Part shown: positions 19,129 to 27,658 of the stretch, piece by piece | Numbering within the stretch: the first letter of the stretch is position 1 | Layout: each line of letters begins with the position of its first letter | DNA from: a bacterium | GTDB taxonomy: Bacteria; UBA8248 | DNA length: 64,000 bases | Assembly: GCA_965199855.1 (NCBI GenBank) | Contig: OZ241326.1 | Location: 2,240,001 to 2,304,000, forward strand | Reading direction: 5' to 3' | Position numbers and translations under genes: made by a program | The notes under the pieces: model-generated | What the model was told of the DNA's origin: nothing | Database searches by the model: none | Seen by the model: only the letters and a program-made list of their open reading frames with translations

Positions 19129-20898
19129 ATGGAGCGCCGACGCGCCCGCCTCGAGACCCTCGCGCAGGTGACGGCGCGCGACTACGGCCTCGCCCTGCTG
19201 TTCGGCTCCCGGACGGAGACCGGGGACGACGCCGTCCTCGTCGAGGACCCGGAGCGGACCCTGGCGCGCCTGGGCGGCGGCCTCGACGACGAGCGCGTCC
19301 TGCGATACCAGAAGGGCATGACGCTCATCGAGGTGGCCCGCAGGCTCCAGGGGACGCTTCGCTGGGCGGGCCGCGCGGCCCTCGCCAACCGGGAGACGCC
19401 GGGCCTTTTCCACCTCTGGCGCGCCCTCGAGGACGCCAGATGCGAGAACCGCCTCGCCGAGTCGCTGCCCGGCACGAGAAAGAATTTCCGCGCCTTCGTC
19501 CGTCCCGCGATCGAGGACGCCGAGCGAAGCCACGCGCGGGGGGAGCTCCCCCTGCTTCTCCAGATTCAATGGGGCATCTACCTCGCCGGCGTCGGCCAGA
19601 CGCCCGGCGCCGCCTCCTCAAGGCCCGGGGATTTGCCCTCGGCCTGGTTCGATTCCGTCATCGCCCAGATTCTTCAGAGGCTCGTCCCGATCATCGACCG
19701 CGCCTGCGCGGCCAAAGAGCCGAAGACCGCCTTCGACTGCGCGAACGAAATCTACGACGCCGTGCGGCGCTTCCTCACCGAGGAGCAGCTCGCGCAGATG
19801 CGCGAGAGCGAGGAGCTCTCGGAGCTTCCGGATGAAATTCTGGAGAAAATCGAGAACCAGAAACTCCAGGGGGAGGAGTCCGAGTCGCCGGAGGCGCTCC
19901 ACCCGGAGGCGCTCGACGAGGTGGACGCGGACGAGGGCGAGCAGGTCGAGCTCACGCCCGAGGAGCTCGCCGCCCTGGGCCGCTGGGCGTCTCCCTGGTT
20001 CGAGATGGAGGGCGGCGGGAAGGAAGTCCACCCGACGGCGGAGCATCCCGACGAGCGCACCATCGTCCTGCCCCCGGAGGGCAAGGCGGAGGAATACGCG
20101 GCGATCATGGACGGCGCGGGCAGCCACATCAAGGTGCTGGCGTGGAAGCTCACGCAGATCATTCAGGAGAGAGCCTACGCCCGCTTCAGCGGCTCGCACC
20201 GCTCCGGCAAGCTGAACGTCCCGAAGCTCTGGAAGCAGCGCCTGGGCAAATTTCATCTTTTTCACCGCAAGGAGGAGCCCGAGAAGCTCGACGTCTGCTT
20301 CACCCTCCTCGTGGACGAGAGCGGCAGCATGAACCGCGAATCGAAATACGTAGCCGCCAGGGAGGCGACCGTGTTCTTCGCGGAAGTCCTCGACCGGCTG
20401 GACGTGCCCTTCGAGGTGATCGGCTACTCCACCGAGAGCTCGGAGGCGGCCATGGCGGCCGCGCTCGGCCACATCCCCGCCTTCAAGTTCAGGCACATCC
20501 GGCACTCCCCCCTTCAGCACCGCATCTACAAGGGCTTCGAGGACGCCTTCCCCCAGGTCAAGAACCGTCTCGTCAACATTTATCCGCGCTTCAACAACTG
20601 GGACGAGGAGCATCTGCTGTTCGCCTACCGAAGGCTCAGCCAGCGGCCCGAGGAGGAGAAGATCATCATCATCACCTCGGACGGCCAGCCCAACGGCGAC
20701 GCGGCCCACCTCGTGAGCGCGGTCGGCCGCCTCCAGGCGCTCGGCGTGCGGATCATCGGCGTCGGCGTGGTGGACCCCTTCGTCGAGCAGATCTACCCGA
20801 ACCACATCGTGGTGCAGGACCTCTCCCAGCTCTCCACGGAGCTGGTGAACATTCTGCGGCGCGAGCTGCTCGGGGGGGCGGAGGGCCGCCCTTGGTAG
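19129..20898 (+). CDS. VWA-domain protein, CbbO/NorD/CobT-like
   Basis: N-terminal LEDARCE, acidic linker, SGKLN, MIDAS DESGS, ITSDGQPN. Confidence 0.88.
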   Translation: MERRRARLETLAQVTARDYGLALLFGSRTETGDDAVLVEDPERTLARLGGGLDDERVLRYQKGMTLIEVARRLQGTLRWAGRAALANRETPGLFHLWRALEDARCENRLAESLPGTRKNFRAFVRPAIEDAERSHARGELPLLLQIQWGIYLAGVGQTPGAASSRPGDLPSAWFDSVIAQILQRLVPIIDRACAAKEPKTAFDCANEIYDAVRRFLTEEQLAQMRESEELSELPDEILEKIENQKLQGEESESPEALHPEALDEVDADEGEQVELTPEELAALGRWASPWFEMEGGGKEVHPTAEHPDERTIVLPPEGKAEEYAAIMDGAGSHIKVLAWKLTQIIQERAYARFSGSHRSGKLNVPKLWKQRLGKFHLFHRKEEPEKLDVCFTLLVDESGSMNRESKYVAAREATVFFAEVLDRLDVPFEVIGYSTESSEAAMAAALGHIPAFKFRHIRHSPLQHRIYKGFEDAFPQVKNRLVNIYPRFNNWDEEHLLFAYRRLSQRPEEEKIIIITSDGQPNGDAAHLVSAVGRLQALGVRIIGVGVVDPFVEQIYPNHIVVQDLSQLSTELVNILRRELLGGAEGRPW

Positions 20899-21719
20899 CG
20901 GAAGGCGGCCTCGCGCGGATGATCGGCGCCCGAGCGGGGCGGATCGTCGCGGCGGTCGGGGCGGGGGGGAAAACGAGCCTGCTCACGGCGCTCGCCCGGG
21001 AGTTTCACGCCCGAAGCGGCGCGCCCGCCCTCCTCACGACGACCACCAGAATTTTCGCGCCCCTGCCGGAGGAGGGGATTCCCCTCGCCCTGGGCGACGC
21101 CGCCGCCCTCTCGAGGAGGCTGCGCCCCTACATGAGAGCCTGCGGCGTCTCCTGGCTCGCCCGCGGACGCGAGGGCCGCGCGCCGGTTCCGGGCCGGGAG
21201 GGCGAGCGCCGCATGAAGCTGCGCGGCTTCGCGCCCTCCGAAATCGAGGGATTGCGTCTCGCGGAGGGCCTCACCCTCATCGAGGCGGACGGGGCGAGGC
21301 GCCTGCCCGTCAAGGCGCCCGGCGCGCGGGAGCCCGTCCTGCCCGAAGGCGTGGACGCCGTGCTGGGCGTCGTGGGGCTGGACGCCCTGGGCGCGCCCCT
21401 GGACGAGGCCCATGCGTTCCGCCCGGAGCTGCTCTCGCGGATATGCCGCCTGGACGCCGGCGCGGAGATCACGGCGGAGGCGATCGGGGCGCTGTGCGCG
21501 CACCCCGAGGGGCTGTTTCGCAAGGCGGACGGCGGCGCGCGCAGGTGGATCGTCCTCAACAAGGCCGATTTGGAAGCCTCGCTGGAAAAACGAAGAAAGA
21601 TCGCCTATACTATCCGGGAAATGGCGGGAAAGCCCCATGGGCCGGCGGACGGGGTTCTCCTGACCTCCTGCCTGAAGAACAGGCCGGAAGTTTTGCTGCG
21701 AATCGGGCCGGACGCCTGA
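20892..21719 (+). CDS. yqeC: Selenium cofactor biosynthesis accessory protein YqeC
   Basis: VAAVGAGGKTSL, LTTTTRI, LIEADGARRLPVKAPG.REPVLP, VVGLDALG, HPEGLFR, LNKAD. Start is either TTG 20892 or ATG 20919. Confidence 0.9.
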   Translation: MVAEGGLARMIGARAGRIVAAVGAGGKTSLLTALAREFHARSGAPALLTTTTRIFAPLPEEGIPLALGDAAALSRRLRPYMRACGVSWLARGREGRAPVPGREGERRMKLRGFAPSEIEGLRLAEGLTLIEADGARRLPVKAPGAREPVLPEGVDAVLGVVGLDALGAPLDEAHAFRPELLSRICRLDAGAEITAEAIGALCAHPEGLFRKADGGARRWIVLNKADLEASLEKRRKIAYTIREMAGKPHGPADGVLLTSCLKNRPEVLLRIGPDA

Positions 21720-21749
21720 GAGGAGGCGGCCCGCCTGCGCGGAGGAGAG

Positions 21750-22895
21750 ATGAGCGAGGACGTTTTCAGGGAAATGGCGAGGATGAAGGAGAAGGGGCAG
21801 GCGGGCGCGCTCGCCACCGTCGTGGCCCGCAAGGGCTCCGCGCCCATGAGCGGCGACGCGAAGATGCTCGTGCGCGAGGACGGCAGCGCCGAGGGCACCG
21901 TCGGGGGCGGCTGCCTGGAGGCCGAGGTCTGGGAGACCGCGATGAGCGTCCTCGAAACGGGCGCGCCCGAGAAGCTCTCCTTCGACCTCACCCAGAAGGA
22001 GGCGGAGGACAGCGGCCACATCTGCGGCGGCGTGGTGGAGATACTGGTGGAGCCGCTCCGGGCGTTTCCCCGGGAGCTGCTCGATGAGATCAACCGCGTG
22101 AAAAACCGGGGCGGAAGTGCCGCGCTGGCGACCATCGTCCAGCCGGGGGCGCTCGACATCCCGAAGCCCGAGGCCGGGAAAATGCTCTTCAGGCGCGACG
22201 GCAGCTCCGTGGGGGAAATTCCGCGCTATTCGGCGGAAGTCTGGGCGGAGAGCGCGCAGGTGATTCGCCAGGGCAGCCCCACCCTCCTGCACTTCAGCCA
22301 GGGCGCCGCGCGCGGCGGAGGAAAGAAGCCCGCGCCCGGCGAGGCGACCGAAATTTTCGTGGAGCCCATCTCCGGCCAGCCGCTCGTCTATATCTTCGGC
22401 GGCGGGCACGTATCCTTCTGCGTCGCGCAGGCGGCCTGGCTCGCCGGCTTCCGGGTCGCCATCGTGGAGGACAGACCCTCCTTCGCCAACAAGGAGCGCT
22501 TCCCGATGGCCGAGGCGTTCCACGTGGGCGATTTCCCGGAAGTTTTCAGGGAAATTCCGGTGGACGAGGCGGACTACCTGGCCATCATCACCCGGGGCCA
22601 CGCGAACGACGAGGTCGTCCTCGAATGGGCGATGAAGACGAAGGCGCGCTACATCGGGATGATCGGCTCGAAGAGCAAGGTGCTGCTCACCTACCGCCAT
22701 CTTCAGGAGAAGGGCTTCGCGCGGAGCGAGCTCATCGAGCGCGTCCACGCGCCCATCGGCCTGGACATCGGCGCCGACACGCCGGGCGAGATCGGAATCG
22801 CCATCGCCGCCGAGTTCGTCCGCCATCGCCGCCGGGGCGAGGCGGAAAGCGAGGGCGCGGGCAGCAAGCGGGTGCGCCTGGGAAGAAAGGCGTAA
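21750..22895 (+). CDS. xdhC: XdhC/CoxF family molybdenum-cofactor chaperone
   Basis: ATVVARKGSAP, GTVGGGCLE, ICGG, FGGGHV, TRGH..D, YIGMIGS, APIGLDIGADTPGEI. Confidence 0.92.
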   Translation: MSEDVFREMARMKEKGQAGALATVVARKGSAPMSGDAKMLVREDGSAEGTVGGGCLEAEVWETAMSVLETGAPEKLSFDLTQKEAEDSGHICGGVVEILVEPLRAFPRELLDEINRVKNRGGSAALATIVQPGALDIPKPEAGKMLFRRDGSSVGEIPRYSAEVWAESAQVIRQGSPTLLHFSQGAARGGGKKPAPGEATEIFVEPISGQPLVYIFGGGHVSFCVAQAAWLAGFRVAIVEDRPSFANKERFPMAEAFHVGDFPEVFREIPVDEADYLAIITRGHANDEVVLEWAMKTKARYIGMIGSKSKVLLTYRHLQEKGFARSELIERVHAPIGLDIGADTPGEIGIAIAAEFVRHRRRGEAESEGAGSKRVRLGRKA

Positions 22896-22939
22896 AAGCC
22901 TCTCGCCTCCGGCCCCCGAGCGGGATTCGCCCGAACGCC

Positions 22940-23752
22940 ATGAGCCACCTGCGCGCGCTCGCCGCGGCGGCGACGGACTTCCTCATCCCCCCGAAATGCC
23001 TTTTGTGCGCGAGCGCCCTGGAAATCGGCGGCGCGCGGACGATATGCGCGCCCTGCGACGAGGCGCTCGATCGCTTCGAGCCGCCCTGGTGCCCCAGGTG
23101 CGGCGCGCCCTTCCCCTCCCACGCCGCCCTGTCGCACTCCCCCGCCCACCACTGCGCGGAGTGCGCGGAAAACGTCTTTCACTTCGACGGGGCGCGCGCC
23201 GTCGGCGCCTTCAAGGGCTCTCTCCGGGAGCTGGTCCACCTGTTCAAATACGGAGGCGTCACCAAGCTGGCGCACGAGTTCGCCCCCCGGCTCGCCGCGC
23301 TCGCCGCGGACGAGCTGGGCGTCGGGCGGGACGATCCGGACGTGATCGTAACCCACGTGCCGATAGCGTCCGCGCGCTGGCGGGAGCGGGGCTTCGATCA
23401 AACGCGCCTGCTCGCGCTCCGGACGGCGAAGAGCCTCGGAGCGCCGCACGCGGACTGTCTGGAGCGCGCGAAGGAGACCCGTCCGCAAACCGGGCTCTCC
23501 GCGAGCGAGCGGCGCCGCAACGTACGGGGCGCCTTCCGGGCGCGCCCGAAGGCGGCGCGGATGCTCGAAGGGAAGACGTGCATCCTCCTCGACGACGTCA
23601 TCACCACCGGCTTCACCGCCTCGGCCTGCGCCCGCGAGCTCAAGCGGGCGGGCGCCGCCGCCGTGCACGCGCTCACCATCTGCCGCTCGCGAGGGCCCGC
23701 GCCCCCGCCGCGCGCGGAGGGGGTCAACGAGAGGGCTACGCATAACCTGTAA
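22940..23752 (+). CDS. comF: ComF family protein (double zinc ribbon + PRTase domain)
   Basis: CLLC/CAPC/CPRCG/CAEC, FKYGG, ERGFDQ, RRRNVRGAF, LLDDVITTG.T. Confidence 0.9.
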   Translation: MSHLRALAAAATDFLIPPKCLLCASALEIGGARTICAPCDEALDRFEPPWCPRCGAPFPSHAALSHSPAHHCAECAENVFHFDGARAVGAFKGSLRELVHLFKYGGVTKLAHEFAPRLAALAADELGVGRDDPDVIVTHVPIASARWRERGFDQTRLLALRTAKSLGAPHADCLERAKETRPQTGLSASERRRNVRGAFRARPKAARMLEGKTCILLDDVITTGFTASACARELKRAGAAAVHALTICRSRGPAPPPRAEGVNERATHNL

Positions 23753-23780
23753 TTTTTCCCGCCCGTCAGGAGGAGCAAAA

Positions 23781-24587
23781 ATGCAGGATCGATACACGGG
23801 CGACGTAGGGGATTTCGGCAAATACGGACTGCTCCGCGCCATCACCCGGCCCGGGATTACGAAAAAAGACGGCCAGGAGACATTGAGCCTCGGCGTCGTG
23901 TGGTATCGCCATCCCGACGAGAAAGACACGAACGACGGCGAGCATATCGACTATCTCGGCCCTTCCGGGCGCGAGAATTTTCGGAAGTGCGATCCTGAAC
24001 TATATGATTGCCTGAGCAAGATCGTCAGATATGACTCCAAAACCAGGAAGGCAAAGGGTCGCAGGGCGATATCGAAGATCGAGAATAGCGAGATACTCGG
24101 TTCGCAAACTCGTTTTTTCGGCAGGCGATGTCCTTATGACGCGGATGCTCGTAAAAAATGGCGCCGAGAAGCGTTGAACGAAATGAAGGGATGCGATTTG
24201 GTATTCCTCGACCCGGACAACGGGCTCAGGTGCAACCAGAACCTTGACAGCGGAAAACACGCCTACCTTGAGGAAGTCTTGAGCTTTGTTCTTCAAGGCA
24301 GCGCAGTAATTTTCTATCATCATCCTGACAGGTGAAAAACGCATAATGAACAAATCAGAAAACTCGCTCAATATATTGCTCGCAAGTTGGATAAAAATCA
24401 CCGCGTATCCGCTTTCCGTTACCGCAGAGGGAACTCCCGGGCGTTTTTCATCATTTGGCCGCGGGATCGGCAGAAAGTATTCAAGCCCCGCATGAAGGCG
24501 ATTCGTGATGGCCTGTGGGGCCGGGAATGTCGCTTTGAACTCACGGCGCGTTCCATCTCCGGCAAAAGCAGGGGCAACCCGAGTTAG
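23781..24587 (+). pseudogene. Conserved hypothetical gene (MQDRYTGDVGDFGKYGLLR type) interrupted by an in-frame TGA at 24333-24335
   Basis: AT-richer islet with an AGGAG RBS and a LVFLDPDNGL motif. The frame continues past the TGA (KTHNEQIRK...FRYRRGNSRAFFII) to TAG 24587. Confidence 0.65.
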
Positions 24588-24611
24588 ATAAAGGGTTCCG
24601 CGCGTTTCCCC

Positions 24612-25646
24612 TCACCTCCTCCCGCTCCCGGCCATGCGGGCGGCGAGGAGGAGGGCGTCCACCATGCTGGCGTGATCCGCCGCGCCCTCCCCCGCGATGG
24701 GAAACCCCGTCCCGTGCTCCACCGAGGTTCTGACGATGGGCAGGCCCAGCGTCACGTTGACGCCGCGCACGGCGGCGCGCCCGCTCGCGTCGAAGCGAAA
24801 GCACATGAGCTTGCCGGGAATGTGTCCCTGGTCGTGATACATGGCCACGACGCCGTCGTAGCGTCCGCCCCGCAGCTCCGCGAAAATCGTGTCCGGCGGC
24901 GCGGGGCCATGCGCGTCAACCCCCGCCTCCCGCAAATCCGAGACGGCGGGGGCTATCTCCCGCGCCTCCTCCTCCCCGAACAGGCCGGATTCCCCCGCGT
25001 GGGGGTTGAGGCCCGCGACGCCGACGCGGGGCGCCCTGCGATCCAGCCGGCGCAGGGCGTCGGCCAGAACCCGCCCCACGTGGACGATTCGCTTCCTCTT
25101 CACGCGCCTGATCGCCTCCCGGAGCGGGCAGTGGGTGGAGAGGTGGGCGATGCGCATCCTCCCGCGCGCCAGCATCATGACGGGGCGCCCGCCGCCGCAC
25201 AGGTCGGCGAGCATCTCGGTATGCCCCGGATAGTCGTAGCCGCCGGCGCGCAGGGCCTCCTTGCTTATCGGCGCGGTCGCCACGGCGTCCGCCAGACCCG
25301 CGCGCGCCATCGAGACGGCCGCCTCGACGCATTCTCCCGCCGCCCTGCCCAGTTCGGGCAGGACTTTTCCGAAAACCCGGCTCCCGGCGGGGACGTTCCC
25401 CAGGTCCACCACCGGCGTCCGCGCGGACGCCGGACGCGGGGCGCGCGCCTCCTCGCGCGCGATGGATTCCAGCCGCGCGGGAATCCCCATCCTGCGGGCG
25501 TGCCTGCGAAGCGCCGCCACGTCGCCGACGATGAGGGGCGCGCATCTCTTCCGAACGCGGGGTTCGAGGACGGCTTTCAGGCACACCTCCGGCCCCACGC
25601 CCGCCGGATCGCCCATGGTCATCGCTATGACGGGTCGTCCCTTCAC
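24612..25646 (-). CDS. pdxA: PdxA family dehydrogenase (PdxA or the four-carbon acid sugar PdxA2)
   Basis: TMGDPAGVGPE, TAPISKEAL, GHTE, GLNPHAGE.GLFG.EE, MYHDQGH, TLGLPIVRTSVEHGT. Confidence 0.92.
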   Translation of the reverse strand: MKGRPVIAMTMGDPAGVGPEVCLKAVLEPRVRKRCAPLIVGDVAALRRHARRMGIPARLESIAREEARAPRPASARTPVVDLGNVPAGSRVFGKVLPELGRAAGECVEAAVSMARAGLADAVATAPISKEALRAGGYDYPGHTEMLADLCGGGRPVMMLARGRMRIAHLSTHCPLREAIRRVKRKRIVHVGRVLADALRRLDRRAPRVGVAGLNPHAGESGLFGEEEAREIAPAVSDLREAGVDAHGPAPPDTIFAELRGGRYDGVVAMYHDQGHIPGKLMCFRFDASGRAAVRGVNVTLGLPIVRTSVEHGTGFPIAGEGAADHASMVDALLLAARMAGSGRR

Positions 25647-25783
25647 GGCGGCCCCTTCCCTCCCTTCGCCCCCTCGGCTCCGGGAGCGCATCGGGGGAAA
25701 CCCTTGACTTCGGCGGCGCGTCCTCCCCAAGATGCGCCTCGCACTATGAAGGCATCCGAAGCCCCCATCAAGAGGAAAACCCC

Positions 25784-26293
25784 TTGGGAGAGAAGGGCGC
25801 GAGCGCGCGGAGGACGACGCGCAAACTCCATGAGCTCGGCTTCACGCACGTCCTGATGATTCCGGACAGCGAGAGCCGGCTCCTTTACGAGGCGCTGGAG
25901 CGCGACGAGAGGATCGACCTCATCACCCCCTGCCGGGAGGGCGAGTCCGTCGCCATCGCCGCGGGGCTCTGGACGGGCGGCCAAAAGCCCCTGCTCGTGA
26001 TTCAGAACACCGGGCTGATGGAGGCGGGAGACGCCCTGCGGGGCTGCGGGACGGGCCCCGGGGCGCCTTTGCGGATGATGGTCGGCTGGCGGGGATACGG
26101 CGGGGCGACCGCCGGAAAGCTGCCGATTGATTCGGCCTACGCCTTCACGGAGCCCCTGCTTGAGGCTTGGAGAATCCCGACCTGGCGGCTCATGTCCGAC
26201 GACGACCTGGGGGCGCTCGACCTGATGGACGAGGCGGCGGCGTCCGCCTCCTACCCGGCGGCCGTCCTCACCGGCTACGGGTTCAGACCATGA
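25784..26293 (+). CDS. ThDP-dependent decarboxylase alpha subunit (sulfopyruvate/phosphonopyruvate decarboxylase, ComD-like)
   Basis: IPDS, REGESVAIAAG, IQNTGL pyrimidine-binding domain motifs. Confidence 0.8.
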   Translation: MGEKGASARRTTRKLHELGFTHVLMIPDSESRLLYEALERDERIDLITPCREGESVAIAAGLWTGGQKPLLVIQNTGLMEAGDALRGCGTGPGAPLRMMVGWRGYGGATAGKLPIDSAYAFTEPLLEAWRIPTWRLMSDDDLGALDLMDEAAASASYPAAVLTGYGFRP

Positions 26294-26306
26294 GGGGCGA
26301 ATCCTC

Positions 26307-26891
26307 TTGATAGAGCGCATGGAGCTGTTCCGGGCGCTGGCCGCGCGCAGGACGGACGAAATCGTGGTGATGACCATGACCGCCACCCTCCAGTGGCCGC
26401 TGGTCTCGAAGAGCGACCTCGATTTCGACTTTCTGGCGTTCGGCATGGGCCACGCCGCCGACTTCGGCCTGGGTCTCGCCCTCGCGCGTCCCGAGCGGAA
26501 GACCATCGTCTGGAAAGGGGACGGGGGACTCCTGATGAGCCTGGGTTCGCTGGTGACGCTGGCGCGCTACGCGCCGGGAAACCTCGTCGTCTTCCTGCTC
26601 GAGAACAGGAGCTACGAGATGGTGGGCGGGCAGGCGCTTCCGCCCCGCGCCGATTTCGTGGAGCTGGCGCGCGCCTCGGGCTTCGAGGGCGGCGGCGCGA
26701 CGGGCGCGGGCAAGGTCGCGCGCGTTGACTCTCTCGAAGGGTTTCAGGACGCCCTGCCGCGGATGCTCGCCGAGCAAGGCCCCCATTTCATCGTTCTTCC
26801 GGTCAAGAACAGCGAGGAGCTCCCGCCCGTGAACCATTCCGACCACGCCGGGAGAATCAGGACGCTGAGAGGGGCGCTGGGCGTCCAGTGA
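26307..26891 (+). CDS. ThDP-dependent decarboxylase beta subunit (ComE-like)
   Basis: GMG...GLGLALARP, GDG..LM.LGSL...N.SY...GGQ ThDP-binding motif. Confidence 0.82.
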   Translation: MIERMELFRALAARRTDEIVVMTMTATLQWPLVSKSDLDFDFLAFGMGHAADFGLGLALARPERKTIVWKGDGGLLMSLGSLVTLARYAPGNLVVFLLENRSYEMVGGQALPPRADFVELARASGFEGGGATGAGKVARVDSLEGFQDALPRMLAEQGPHFIVLPVKNSEELPPVNHSDHAGRIRTLRGALGVQ

Positions 26892-26934
26892 TCGGCGCGG
26901 GCGGAGAAAGCGCCCGGACCCGCGAGCCTGCGCC

Positions 26935-27624
26935 TCAGTCGAGAGTCAGGACGCTCTCCAGCTCGTCGAGCGAGCGGATTTCCGCGTCGATCTCGTGGGG
27001 AACGCGCTCTTTTTTCTGCGCGAGGCGATTCACCCAGACCACGCGGAACCCGAAGCAGGACGCGCCCGCAACGTCCCACCCGTTCGAGGAGAAGAAGCAG
27101 ATTCTCCCGGCGGGAACGCCGAGCCTGTCCGCCGCCAGCCGATAGGCGTCGGGATGCGTCTTGAAAACGCCCGCCTCCTCCACGGAGAGGACGGCTTCGA
27201 GGTATTCCCCGATTCCGGCGCTTTCCACCGCGCTGGCGAGCATTTCGGGCGATCCGTTCGAGAGAATCGCCGCCCGCGCCCGCTTCTCCCTCAGCCTTTC
27301 CAGGACGCCCCGCACCTCGGGATACGCGCTCAGCCGCCCGTAGAGCGCCATGAGCTCCTCCCGAAGCTTCGGGTCGCCCACGTCCAGCGCGTCCAGGGCG
27401 AAATCGAGCGCGTCGCCCGTCACCCGCCAGAAATCCGCGTGGCGGCCCATCAGGCTCCTCAGCCACGAGTACTCGATCTGCTTCGCGCGCCAGAGCGAGG
27501 AGAGCTCCCGCCACCGCTCGCCCAGCTCCGCCCGCTTTTCCTCCGCCGCCGCGGATACGTCGAACAGCGTGCCGTAGGCGTCGAACACGCAGGCGTCAAC
27601 TTCATGCTCGCCCAGCAGGATCAT
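26935..27624 (-). CDS. Haloacid dehalogenase, type II (HAD superfamily)
   Basis: FDAYGTLFDV, WRAKQIEYSW, LSNG, SSNGWDVAGA..FG. Confidence 0.93.
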   Translation of the reverse strand: MILLGEHEVDACVFDAYGTLFDVSAAAEEKRAELGERWRELSSLWRAKQIEYSWLRSLMGRHADFWRVTGDALDFALDALDVGDPKLREELMALYGRLSAYPEVRGVLERLREKRARAAILSNGSPEMLASAVESAGIGEYLEAVLSVEEAGVFKTHPDAYRLAADRLGVPAGRICFFSSNGWDVAGASCFGFRVVWVNRLAQKKERVPHEIDAEIRSLDELESVLTLD

Positions 27625-27658
27625 CTCGTCCTCCCCGCGTCGAGGCGCGCGCGCCCTC

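Noticed and set aside
22940-23752. comF as part of the selenium system
   Set aside because: It is a widespread gene with an unrelated DNA-uptake/recombination role, and co-orientation alone is not evidence.
24333-24335. A second selenocysteine codon
   Set aside because: No downstream hairpin and no Cys/redox motif context, so a nonsense mutation is more parsimonious. Kept only as a low-interest finding.
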